A DNA stretch of 62,842 bases, filler included, from Platydemus manokwari (taxonomy: Eukaryota), in the NCBI GenBank assembly GCA_037951405.1. It is 6 parts of 6 records of this genome, joined end to end, with 100 filler letters (N's around TTAATTAATTAA, not from the genome) between each part and the next. Parts side by side here need not be neighbours in the genome. Positions count along the whole stretch, not along the records: positions 1 to 11,379 come from JBBMOY010719983.1; positions 11,480 to 21,831 come from JBBMOY011141549.1; 4 more parts are not named here. One strand, given 5' to 3'. The notes below the pieces were generated by a model. It made no database searches. It saw nothing but the letters and a program-made list of their open reading frames with translations, and was not told the DNA's origin. Shown here piece by piece: positions 1 through 12,880 of the stretch. The position numbers and the translations under genes were made by a program. Position 1 is the first letter of the stretch. Each line of letters opens with the position of its first letter.

Positions 1-708
1 ATTAAATTTATTCATTGAAATACAAATTTTAACTCATTTTTGTAAAAGCCGGAATCATACTAATACACCTAATACTTACATCATAGTCTTATTATATAAT
101 AATTAATCGATATGATATTGTGTTGTTTATTGATTTATGTGATAATAATTGAAATGTTTATTTTTCTTGAAGATCCACTGTTAATGAGAAACATACAGCC
201 GAACATAGATATTCTTATAACTAACCACATCTGGTCCACTCATCTCATTAAAAAAAATAATCTATTTGCTGTTATTCTAAAACAAAAACTAAAATTTCAG
301 TAAATATTGCTTTATTTCTATTTAGTGAATAATATAATTATATATAGTTATTTCACTAGCGGCTCGCAGTCAGGTTTTTCCTGTCAGAGAAGGTCCATGG
401 GAATAGACGATTTGGAAATCATTGATCTAAAATATATTTCCAATTACAGTGCTTCAAATCTTTAATTCAATTTAGAACATCACCTAAATACAAATGAAAT
501 CTATAAAACTTATATAATTATCTAATTGTAAGCTTCCTTGAAGTTTTGAAACTTATAATTGAAATGGTAAATAAAGCAGAGCTAACGAAATACTAAAGAA
601 TTTTATATAGGAAATTTATGATAAAAATTTAATGGGTTTTACAGTTGAACGTTCACTCATCTCATCATCTAAAAAGATATGGATAAGATATAAAATGTAT
701 TATGTTAG

Positions 709-3700
709 AGTCATTTACTCCTGATCACAAACCGTTGATGGGCGAAAGTCCTGAAGTGAGAGGATTATTCTTAAACTGTGCTTACAATAGTGCTGGAATG
801 ATGTTGAGTGGTGGTTGTGGTCGTGAAATTGCTCGTTGGATCAAACAAGGCAGACCAAGTTTAGATATGTTTGCCTATGACATCAGGTAAATTTAATCAC
901 TTGAAATTGGTTTATATTGCTAGATTTAAAAAAATTTTGCGTCTTCTATTTGCGATCATAAATAGCCATCGATTATAATTAATAAGGTCAAATAATCGAA
1001 TAACACGAGAAAAAATAGTCAATTTTAACTGTGAGAATTTTTAAATGAATTAAATTTTTAAGATTTAATCCAGATTTTATGTAAAATTATATTAATTTGT
1101 TTATATAATTGAATTTTAAAATATAATTTGATGTCGTGACTTTATAAAATAGTCTCGGCTTACATTAACTATATTTTACTTTTTAATTTCAAATAAAATT
1201 TATAAGATAAACATTAATTTTAATTCAAAAATATTGTAAAAGAAATCCTTAAAGTTATTTTTGATAATTGTAATGCTGAATACTTTTAAAATAATATTCA
1301 AATAAAGCATTTACATTAAAATTATCTTTATCAACTTAATCTTAAGATAATTGGCAGAAAATCAATTAAATTTCTTTATTGATATCAAATATAAAGTTAA
1401 TCTAGACTGCCAACTGAAGTAGTAAGTCGAATTATAGGTATATCTTGCAAAGTAGACTTTCTCCTTAAAACTTTAAAATCTGATTATTTTGAGCTTTTTT
1501 AAAATGATCTTTTCCTTTCCTAACATCGATATTGGCGTAATCAAATTCTTAATTTTAAATGAAATGTAATTTTTTAATTTTTCAATCTTATAAAGTCGAA
1601 ATATAATCCAATATTGAATGTGTTTTTAAGTATGCCAATGATATTTTTCATCTAACTTCTACCCTATTAAAATATAAAATGATCTTTGCGTGCACATTCG
1701 TGTTTCCACATCTTGTAAAATTCCAAAATATTCGCAGTGTTTTAAGCTTTTATTGTAAAATAAAAAAAATTATTAAATTCCCGTTATTAAATTTCTTTTT
1801 TCAACAAATCCGCAAAGTTGACAGCAGTAAGAATTAATTGGAATTTAGAGCAAAAAATAATTTGCGGTATTTAGATGAATGAGCTTTTGATCCAATAAAT
1901 TTTATACAGCGATTTTCAGCACATATTAAACATTAATTTGTCTATTTTCCATTGATATGATGTCTTTATATTAGTAAATGGATTTTCTTTTCTAGGAGGT
2001 TTTCGGAACACTTGACGGATAATGTTAACTGGATAAATGAAAGAAGTCATGAAGCATATGCGAAAAACTACAGCATTGTCTACAAGAATGATGAACCATT
2101 AGCCAGTAGGTCGATGTTGAAAGATGTTCTGTTTGATGTTAGTAAATCATATTTCCTTATCATTCTGAAATTACCATTTTATTTAAATCAACGAAATTAC
2201 CAATTATTATTATTATTATAAACAATTGACTTTGTTTTCAATATGTCATACAATTTATAATCAGAACGGGCGTTTTGTACTTTAAATATTAGTTGGACTA
2301 CATTTTAGAAAATAAATAGTTGAAAGAATCAGCTTGAATCTCATTTTAAATGGATATTTTACGTGAAATAAAAAGAATTCGATAATTTGAAGAATGTAAA
2401 ATTTTACTGAAAAATATTATGTCATCTCGAAACCACTTAATATGTATTACCAGAGACATTTTAAGAATAATATATTGTTTTGTCGATGATTTTTAAAGTA
2501 GTAAGTAGTGTCTGTGACTTGTACGTTAACAATTTAGTTATAAATTAGTTATTGCCAGAGTTCGAAACTAGAGAATGTACCTGAAGTCTTTTTATCACAG
2601 TGGGATTTTATAAAAATAGTAGAGATTTTGTGCATGATCTGAAACTTATATTTTTACCAATAAAATCGACTTTCTTTTCAAAGAATGCTACTGCTTTCAT
2701 GGTACTCCAATCAGATCTATATTAAATGTTCTGTAGCATATAAAAAAGATTGATTTGATGATTAAAAAACCTAAACCGTGAAAATTTTTGATTTTATGCA
2801 TTAAATTTGAAATTCACGATTTAATTAAACGTAATCAATATTGTTTTTTGTAAATATTTTTTTACTTACATTTTATTTTGTTTTTCAACTCTTAGGAGCT
2901 TCTACAACAAGGATGTATTTATCAAGAACGACAAGGATTTGAAAGGCCGGGTTGGTTTTCGAACACCATTCCAAGTGTAGGAGATTATTGAAACGCTACA
3001 CAATAATTCTTTTTCAGCTGTTACCGTATGATTTCTATGGCAGTTATGGGCGGCAAATTCATGAGGATTATACGTACAGGGATTTGTTGAGTCAAGATTA
3101 TACTTTTGATTTCTCCAAGACCCATGATGTGGTAAATATTTTACTTTAATTTTTTGAGTGCGATTTTTTATATCCCTTTTTATTATCACAGAAATTTTAA
3201 ATGACGTAATGAAACTTAACCGACAGATTAATAAATTATTTTTTGTATTAATACAAAAACAAGTTATTCTATAAAATTTACAATTATCATTAAATTTATT
3301 GAAAAATTTTCGAATGACTGGCGACATACTAGTGATTAGCAGTCACCAGTTCTATGATAAACATTTTAATCATATTATAAGTTTGCAAGTGTCAAATTCT
3401 AAATATCTGAATGCTGATGGTCCAATGGCAATTTCAGTTTTTGGTCGAATATTTGTAACTTATTTTTCTTAGTTACTTAATTCTCATTGGACAGTTTAAA
3501 TTGTCATGGATTTTTAGAAATTTTCTTGACACGGAAAATATTAGCATGGTTCTTCTTTATGTCCCCATGGTAACATGCGCTTTTGGTAAGTTTATACATT
3601 ACACGATTCATTGGTTTTAAATTTTTGAAGTATTGTAAAAATCTTTATAGTTTTTTAACAGGTTGAAGGACACTTGCGTCTATAACCGTTCAACATGTGG

Positions 3701-6700
3701 CATGACGGCAATGGCCGTCTAAAACGAAACGGTCTTTTTTGGACAATGAGGCTATAGCGGCACAAATGTGCATTTACCGGCGTACAAATAGAAGACTATT
3801 GTCATTTTTTGGAAACAATTCTTTCGGTTGACTTTTGTTTTCCGCTTATTATACGACTTGCAGCTTAAGTACGCACATATAGTGTTAAATTTCGAACTTC
3901 ATTTGTTCTTACTGTCCGTCAATGTGTTAATTATATTATTTAAAAACATTTTTTATTTTTTATTTAAGTACATAAGAAGAATTTGAGTTGCTTGAAATCT
4001 AATATTAATTCCTACTTGAGTCACATTCACAGTGATAATACAATAAGGTAAATAACAAATGCATTTTTACCTATCCATCCTAAACTATCAACAACACAAT
4101 TATTTAACCCACAATAATCACATAATAATGGGACTCATCTTGTCATTCATCATTATGACTATCATCCCTAATTAACATCAATCACATTCTCATATCACTC
4201 ATCATCTTATTTGTTCCTTCCATAATTAACTTCAAATTACTGATCCTTGCTTTTATTTACCGATTTTTGCTTTCTCTTACCGCACATGCTTGCTTTGATT
4301 TCGAATTTGGCAAACCTTACCTACTCATAACTCAATCTTTACCTCCAATTCTCCCTCGGCAGTAATGATTATAACCATATCTAACCATATGGTTCTGTAA
4401 ATACTTCAGTTAATCTCCTGGACGGATCAGATTAAGATTTTTAAACAAAAAAGTGAGCAAATCTCCCTGTTCACTCCGATGGTAGGCTATAACCATCATC
4501 GTTTCCGGAGTGATCGGTGCTCGGAAATGAGAAAAGTATCCTCCAGGACCCCAAAGACAAACGACTGCTCAGCCAATCGAATTCTCAACAATCTGATCTT
4601 GTGGCTTGCGAACGTACATTGCAGATCAGTCCACCAATTGAGGAAATGGCTACCTATTAAGAAACATTTTTATGACTAGAAAACAATTTGGTTTTTTACT
4701 GTGTTCTACAACCAAGCCTTATTTTGGCTGTATGTGTATATTATCATAAATATAATTTTAGAAAAGTATACTAGAGCTTCAAAATCATTTAAAATTTGAT
4801 TATTTGAAGAACGAATCAAATTAGTCCAAATTGCGATTTATTAAAATTAATGAAAACCTCTTTCTGATATTAGAAGCAAATTGAGAGATACATTTACATT
4901 CATTTGATAAAAACAAAATGCATACTATTAGGCATTTAAATTTACAAAATCGAAAAATCATATGTTATGATTCGAATAGGAACTTGATTTAAAAACTAAG
5001 TTTTGTCCCTATCCGTCACCCTAAAAAGTGAGGTATTAACTGAATTATACTAATAAATTAGACATCGCAATTATTTAATAAATTGTTGCAAAATTACCTC
5101 ATGCGTGAAAATTCATCATTACGAAATAGATCAAAGGACCTTTCCTTATAACTTGAGCCAGATGTTTGTCTTTAATCATTTATTGTATTATTTGAATCAT
5201 ATATTATATTTTTTCACCATTATTTCAGATCAATGAATTATCGATATTTTAAACTACTTATGTCAATTTATTTTCGTAGATTGGTCAAGAATGTTTGGCG
5301 ACTCGAGAAAAAGCTGGAATATTTGACATGTCTTATTTTGGTAAATTCTATCTTTCCGGACCAGATACGAAACAAGCTGTCGATTGGATTTTTACTGCAA
5401 ATTCAAATAAACCGGCTGGTTCTGTTATTTATACTTGTATTTGCAACGAATTTGGAGGCATCGAAGCAGATCTAACGATAACTGAGATTGATACATCATT
5501 GCCGATTAAAGGAGTTCACAATCCAGAGTTAATTTTTTTCTTCAAACAATTATTTATTTGTTTAGTTTGAAGGAAAAAACATTTTATCTCGCTATTGGAG
5601 GGGCTATTTATCAGTATGTGTCGTGTTTCATTAATGATATCATAGAACGAAAAGGATTTAATTGCGAATTAGTGGACGTTTCTCGTGATATGGTTTTGTT
5701 AAGTATTCAAGGACCAAGGAGGTTACTTGCATATCATGACAAATGATTGAGAACAATATAATATTTACAGCCGAGACATTTTACAGTCGTTAGCTGATAC
5801 TGATCTATCAAATGAGGCATTTCCTTTTTCCACTCAAAAAGTTTGGTGTTAATAATAAGAAAACTATCATTTATTGACTTTTGAGTTGTAGTTAGTGAAA
5901 ATAAATGGATATCCATGTAGAGCATTGAGACTGTCATTTGTTGGTGAAATGGGCTGGGAATTGCATATACCAAATGAACATGCTTTGAGTATTTATAAGT
6001 CTGTTATGAAGGCTGGCGAATCATATGGTATTAAGAATGCAGGATATCGTGCAATTGATTGTCTTCGTATAGAAAAAGGTAAAAGAATAATAACGTTTAT
6101 TAGTAATCAAAACCAAACCTACCTGTTTCACATTCTCATTTTCCTCAAAGTCGATAAAATTAAATGTATTTTTTAATTCTAATCTTTTTCCGAAATTGTC
6201 TAATCCAATAATCTTCTAATTCAAAAATTTATAAGTCTGTGAATTCAAGTCTAATTGTGATATCTCCAATCTAAATATATTATTATTATCGTTAAATTTC
6301 CTTCATTTTATATATTATCTGTTAAACTAGAATGAAGAGTATTCGAACTAATTAAATTATAAAAAAAAATACTTCAATTATACCATCTGATAGTGGTAAT
6401 TTAACTGAATCTTCAAATTTAGACTAAGAATTTGAATATATATGACTGGAATGACATTTTTTTATGGTTTGTAGTACCCCATTAATGTTAGGTTAATATT
6501 ATTGGTGGTAACAATTCTTTTGAATATAATTTAGAAATACTAGAAAATATTAGACATCTATTTTTATAAGAAAGGTATCAAAGATTTTAATGAAATCCTT
6601 AAGTGTCGATTTGTAAATGCATAATTTTTTACTAGATTCATCATCAAGGTCAATCATTGTTTATTTCGATACATTCGCTATGGTAGAATGACGATTTGTT

Positions 6701-7559
6701 TATAGTAATAAATGTATAATGTAATGGAAATATTTTCAAGGTTATCGACATTGGCATGGTGAAATCAGATCTGATGATACACCTTTGGAATCGGGCCTTG
6801 GGTTTACCTGTAAATTAAATACCAATACTGACTTTCTTGGCCGAAGTGCTTTGGAATATCAACAGAAGAACGGACTTAAGAAACGATTGGCACTCTTTTC
6901 TGTTAACGAGTAATATTTGACTGAAGCAATTAAAATGTTTATAATTATTATTATAAGGCTCAATTTATACAAGTTATGTTAAACTCTCCATTTTAATTAA
7001 TTTCATTTTAATTTGATTTTGAAATTTTTATGAAATAGGTTTCAGTCTGTTTACTCTCAGAATAACTAGCGTAATTCAATTGAATAGTTAGTTTTTTGTT
7101 GAAACTTATAATTTTAAACTATAAATACGATTTTGGAGTTTATCAGAGCTACTGTATCGGATTTAGATAATTTAATTACTTGTAACAATTTATCTGCGTT
7201 TCTTTTGACTGTTAAGAATTATTGTAAAAAAATATTAGAAAACCGTTTTCAAGATTAAATTGAAGTCATGGATTTAACGATTCTTATACTTTCGCAGGAA
7301 AATTCAGTTGAATGGTTTGGAAGCCATCTTGAGAAATGGTCAATATGTTGGGTTTTTACGATCTGGGGAGTATGGATATTATATTAAAAAATCCATTGGT
7401 TATGGATATGTCACAGAAATAGACGGGTCGATCGTCACGAAAGATTATTTATGGTCGGGTAATTATGAAATTGAACAGATGGGCAAAAGATATCCAGCAC
7501 AAATTCATCTTAAAACGTTATTCGATCCAGAAAATCGAAGGGTCCGTGGATTGTACTAA
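709..7559 (+). CDS. SARDH: Sarcosine dehydrogenase, mitochondrial (3' part; 5' exons lie upstream of the window)
   Basis: Ten GT-AG exons join in frame: 709-886, 1996-2137, 2896-2976, 3018-3131, 5280-5527, 5566-5721, 5771-5840, 5892-6078, 6741-6909, 7298-7559 (TAA). Motifs: [99 protein letters not shown]. These match SARDH better than DMGDH. Confidence 0.92.
3659..3926. mobile_element. Non-autonomous piggyBac-type DNA transposon (MITE), copy 1, in a SARDH intron
   Basis: TTAA on both flanks (3655-3658, 3927-3930). Imperfect 14-bp TIRs CAGGTTGAAGGACA / TGTCCGTCAATGTG. Highly similar second copy at 61164-61442. Confidence 0.8.
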
Positions 7560-10500
7560 GTGTGTTTTGGTGCCTTTGACTGATTAGAATCCGTTTTGTA
7601 ACTAACTTCCATTTCAAATTTTTGGAAACATTTTATGATTAAATATTTTTGTTATTATTTTACTTAATTTTTAAGATTTAAATTAAAAATTAAAGAAACG
7701 ATGAACTTGAAAATTTTATCACAAATATGGAAAATTAATTTTTTTAAATTATTATTTAAACTGGATTTGGATTTTTTTAAAGAAGCAGACAAACTGAAAC
7801 ATATTGATTAGATATTGTAGAGAATTTGACACAAACCAAGATACAATTTTCAAATATGGTTTTGGTTTGAAATGACAAAAATCTCTGAATCACTATACTT
7901 TCTAAGAAAATCTCATTTTAAATAAATAATAAAAGCAGAACTAGACCATAAAGTTTAATTAAAACAAATGTTTCATAAATAATAGACACCATAAAAATAA
8001 CATAATTAAAGAAATGGTTGTTGATATTTAAATTAAGTATCAAAAATATATCAATGAAAAACAGGACAAAAATCCAATACAATTCAAATGATGAGACCAA
8101 AATAATTTTGTGTCTGTTTCAAATCGAATTTAAATTATTTCTTATTTCTATTAGTCTTGATGGGATATATTGAACACAGAGAACCAGTAAACTAAACTAG
8201 ACATCAATAGTTATTTAGAAGAAAAATTTTATATCAAGTTAAGAATTTTATTTTAAACCTACTGAAAGAAGAAAACTGCAAAACTGACTGAAACTCAATC
8301 TAATTTTGGCTAGTTACAATTTGGACCTGTTTTATTTATATCATTTACTTAATTATTTCTGAGAATTGTTATTTTCTACTTTACGATACTGTTATTTATC
8401 AAATAAATTTTATCGATTAATTTTATCTCATATGGAAACAGAATTAATAATCGTAAAGAATTTCTCCGAGTGGCTCACCGGTCACAGTTATTACATGTAC
8501 AATTGCTATATATGATATAAAGACATACTTTGCAATCAAGAACAGCAGGAGAAAAGATCATTCTGTGTAAAAGATCAGAATTCCCTTTTTTTCTCAATGT
8601 TTTACTGGGAGACATAACAGTACGAAACATTTGTATAAAATACTGATCGATACTATTCTCTATTATAACTATTATTATTGAGCTTTGATTAAAACATCTT
8701 AATGTTAATCAATTTTTCACCATGAGCGTGGGGTTTATTAATCGGGAGCTTCATCCGAGGAATTGTCAAAGTTCACCGTAAGGTTTAGTATATGTGTCGC
8801 ATTAAAGTCAGCTATAATTTTTATTTTATTATTTAATTTAGTAGTCAATTTGTATTGCTATTCAGTAATAAAGATTTATAGTAATAGTCTTGGTTATTAA
8901 TTAAATAAGGAATATCGATTATTGCTCATTTACAAAGGTGGCAGGGAGTTTATGAATTAAGATATGGTGCATAAACTGAGACTGATGGTTAAGGTATATC
9001 ACTATTACAAAAATTATTATCTTCTTACAATATAATTGTACAACGTGATAATACTTATAATTATAAGGCTCATTACATCTGCGTCCTAAATCAAGTACTC
9101 ATTATGATTGATTAACACAATAATTTTATAAAATGGAAATAAGATTAATAACTCGGACCTTTTTGATTTTTGCTTCATTAAGCTTAATTCTATTTTATAT
9201 CACTATTTTCTTAATTAGTCCCTATGAACTCTAAATTAAGGCTTCATGTGTAATCTACCTTATTTTGTTGAATCTTTATCTCACGATCTTATTGTGTGAA
9301 GCCAGTAAGTGTGGCAATAGTAATATACCTTAACTATCAGTCTAAATAAATGTAATATGTTTAAGTTATTAACCATGCTGACATCAATTATAATGAACAA
9401 TGAATTATGATCCCTATTTAATAAATAATTAAGGCTTACTACTGCAAATGTTTATTAATAATTAACACTGATACAAATTGATTAACAATGTTAAAAATAA
9501 AAATTACAAATTGTTGGAATAGCATGGAACGTCTAGTGCTCTATTCAGATAGTGAAGAGAGCAAAGACGAAAAAACCCCACATGTCATTAAGTCCTACAA
9601 TGAATGGAGACAGCAACAGTAGCTGTCCCAGAAGCCACAATTACCACCACCACAACAACCACCGAAAAACCCACAACCATCAACGAGCAGTCATGTGTTC
9701 AAAAAACCAAGAACACCCCAAAGACCCGGTACACCACAAGTAAGAAACCTGAGACAATAGTGATAAAACCAATATAACCGAGCCCAAAATGGGAAACATG
9801 GGCTACCCAAAGCTGGAGTGTGGATTTAGACGCTTGATGTCAGCAAGGATTCGGCGGAACTGCAAATTCGAAACCAGGACAGTCAGTACCAACCAGTAAT
9901 CAATCCAATAATGACTTATATCCTATTTTTGACCCTAATCTTGATTTGATCACAATCTGGACCTGATATTTTATTGATATTTGATCAAATACTGATATTT
10001 TAATATGAATTGTGAATTTTTGTAATTATCTTGATTTCGATATTTTGAGAATTTTTGTAACTATTTTCATATTTTTGTAACTATTTTGATTATGAATTAC
10101 GAATTATTAATGATTTATTTTTTGGGGAAAAATATAAATTAAAATATATATATTATTATTTATAAATCAAAGAGTGGAAAAAGAAACAAGATATTTAATT
10201 TATAATGTCAGTAATTTAGTAATAAAATTTCTAAGGTTAGATGAATTATTAAAAATTTTTAAGTTTAATGACTTTTAAAAATCATAAACATTAAGGGTCC
10301 AAGATTTAAAAATAACTTAAAATTTACGATAGTGATGGAAATTCCTAGGTACAAAGTACCGAATCTTAGCATCTATATAAGCTGATGGATTTCCATCACA
10401 ATTTACTCTTTGAAATCTCGACGAACTAGTAGGGAATCAAATCATAAATCGTTTAAACTGCGAAAAAAAATGTGAATTGAAATAAACTTTTTATTTGATA

Positions 10501-11379
10501 ACGAAACGAAAGTAAATAATTAGACATTTTATTTAAGTTAAAACGGTAATTGTAACAGCACTCTAAAAGATCCCTTTTGGAGATATTTAATATTTTATCT
10601 AAGAAATCTATATTAAACTTGTAAGGTAAAATAGAGGTTCTCACGTTCTCGGTGAGACAACCATACCTAATTGTTTTTATTTAATTTTTTAGTGTGAGCT
10701 AATAGTTTGAAGAAATTTGTGTAATTCAGTGTTTTATAATTAATAAAGTTTTTTAACGAGTTTGCGTGTTGATTATTTATTCATCTAACTCAAATTTATT
10801 AAAAGAGGACCTCACGCTGTTGAGTTGGTTAAAGAACTTTAAACAGCATACAAACCCAACAATTTGTAGATAATCTTAAAAAAAATACCAGAAATGAAGA
10901 GTACGGAATTTGAATTAACAATAAATTAAATTCTAAAAGATTCACACGATAAATAAAGTTTAAGAATCACCTGTAATGTCATAAGCAAAATGGGGGTATA
11001 AGTACTGAATAATAGATATTTTTCGGATCAGTAGATTATCAATGCTTAAATTTTACGAATGAGGGACCGGTATATTATAATGTATAATTTGAGATTTATT
11101 TTCTGTCCTATTTTTGTTCTGTGAATATTGATCAGAAACAATGAAGTGAGATTTATTTCATTGGTATCTTTAATTGGATAATTATTTAAAATTAATTACT
11201 GGAGCACGATCTTAACAGCATTTCGAGCGTATTGTTGGGATATAACATGGAACATGGATAAAATATATGTTGGGAGAACATTATAATAATATTACATGAT
11301 AGATGATAATAATATATAATTAAAGTTAACACAACAACCTAATAATTTGTTAATGGAAAATATTAAGATTAATCATTAA

Positions 11380-11479
11380 NNNNNNNNNNNNNNNNNNNNN
11401 NNNNNNNNNNNNNNNNNNNNNNNTTAATTAATTAANNNNNNNNNNNNNNNNNNNNNNNNNNNNNNNNNNNNNNNNNNNN
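11380..11479. other. Assembly spacer N44-TTAATTAATTAA-N44
   Basis: Exactly 100 nt with an all-frame-stop 12-mer in the centre; the same structure occurs five times. Confidence 0.97.
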
Positions 11480-11619
11480 CTGTGTCATCATTTAATTACA
11501 ATGATGAAAAAAGAAGATATGTGTTATAATTGGATAAATTTTAGTCCTTTAAAAGCCAAGGGAAATTCATCAAATATAATAAAATCGATGAAAATTTATC
11601 TATCTATCTATCTATCTAA

Positions 11620-12880
11620 GCATGACCAACACCGCGCACGTTGCATAACACATCACATCTCTGAAATACCTAACCGATCACTGAACATCGAAGCTACAGC
11701 AGCAGACAACACAATCATAATCAAAATCAACCCAATAAAATGTGAAAGACCGAACATTAGCATCAGTAAACTGAAAGAAGCATTTATCGAAGTAATCGGC
11801 CCAAGAGTCTCTCAAGACACAATGTGAGACGCGCCAACAGAAATAAAGGAAACATAAACCAAAATGTAACACAAGAAATGCAAAAATTACAAGAAATGAC
11901 AAAAACACAAGAGATCGACCAAGACACTGCCACACCGTCAGCAAATAAGACCATAATTCCATCCAAAGAAGTAGACCTAGATAAAACACCGATAACAGTC
12001 ATACCCACCAAGGAAAAATATCTAGAGGAAGACACGACACAAACCGGCTCCCCACAAGTCAACAAACGCGCCGAAAAGAAACGAATTGAAAAACTTGAAT
12101 CGGATATGGATGAGATCAAAAAAATGTTACTTGTTACACTAAATGAAGTCAGAGCAATACAAATAATACAAAAACCAAACATATCAAGCACACCAAACAC
12201 AAGCTCGAGCAAAGAAGAAGAAGAAGAAGAAGAAGAAGAAGAATAAAGCAGTAAGATGAAAAAGAACAGAAAAACACACTCAAGATCTCCGGACTGCTTT
12301 TCTACATTTAACTCTTCTGCACCACTTCACAGCAGCCTCCAATACATCAAGGGCAGACAAACAAGCGTCGAAGGCCCAACCAGAAATAACACTAAATTCA
12401 ACAATAACAGATTCAACCTCGTTAACACCTCCAACCCTTTCACTAGTAAATCAGTTATACTAGACTGATGAGGTAGCACTGAAGGAGGCACTAACACCTC
12501 AAAATATGATCCCTCAGTGCCGGATAATCCGCTCTGGTTCTCTGGGGACCAGATTGACAAGTTCATCCAGGCTAACATCCCAGACCACGAAGTTTATTCT
12601 CTCGGCTCGTACATCGCCGAAAGCATAGTCACATACAATTTAGACATACAAGAATCTCTCATTTCCCAACGCACACTAAACACTTGCAAGACTTTCATCA
12701 CACCAATAGACATTAGGAACATACACAGGGTCCTCCTGCTAGGGTTTCAAGACGAAGGAATGGAATTAATCGACCCCATGGGAGACCAAAGCGCCTTCCT
12801 TCTCGAGGCCTCTGCCAACGCCAACAGAAAAATTGATGTCATAAAACCATCCCAGAACACAACACTGAACAGTCCTAAGA
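11620..12880 (+). mobile_element. Decayed transposon 5' region with an Ulp1/C48-like cysteine protease domain (NeSL/R5-group non-LTR retrotransposon-like)
   Basis: A/C-rich broken ORFs. ORF 12517-12918 has WFSGDQIDKFI, TFITPIDIRNI-H-R-VLLL (HW with TGG>AGG) and LIDPMG, resembling Ulp1 WLxDxxI / PxNxxxHWxLL / DSLG motifs. No RT is visible. Confidence 0.55.
12214..12243 (+). repeat. (GAA)10 microsatellite
   Basis: Read directly; encodes the poly-Glu tail of ORF 11824-12246. Confidence 0.95.

Noticed and set aside
2902-3327. 141-aa minus-strand ORF
   Set aside because: Antisense to SARDH exons; no independent support.
4270-4680. Possible Gypsy integrase tail (LTEVFTEPY ~ LxPxFxGPY) on the minus strand in a SARDH intron
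   Set aside because: A single short motif; too weak to call.
5566-5585. Apparent frameshift in SARDH (FEG readable in another frame beside an A6 run)
   Set aside because: The phase-2 38-nt intron restores the frame (D-LKEKTFYL) with no error needed.
11678-12578. Hydrophobic minus-strand ORFs (103, 142 and 83 aa)
   Set aside because: Antisense shadows of the A/C-rich plus-strand transposon frames.
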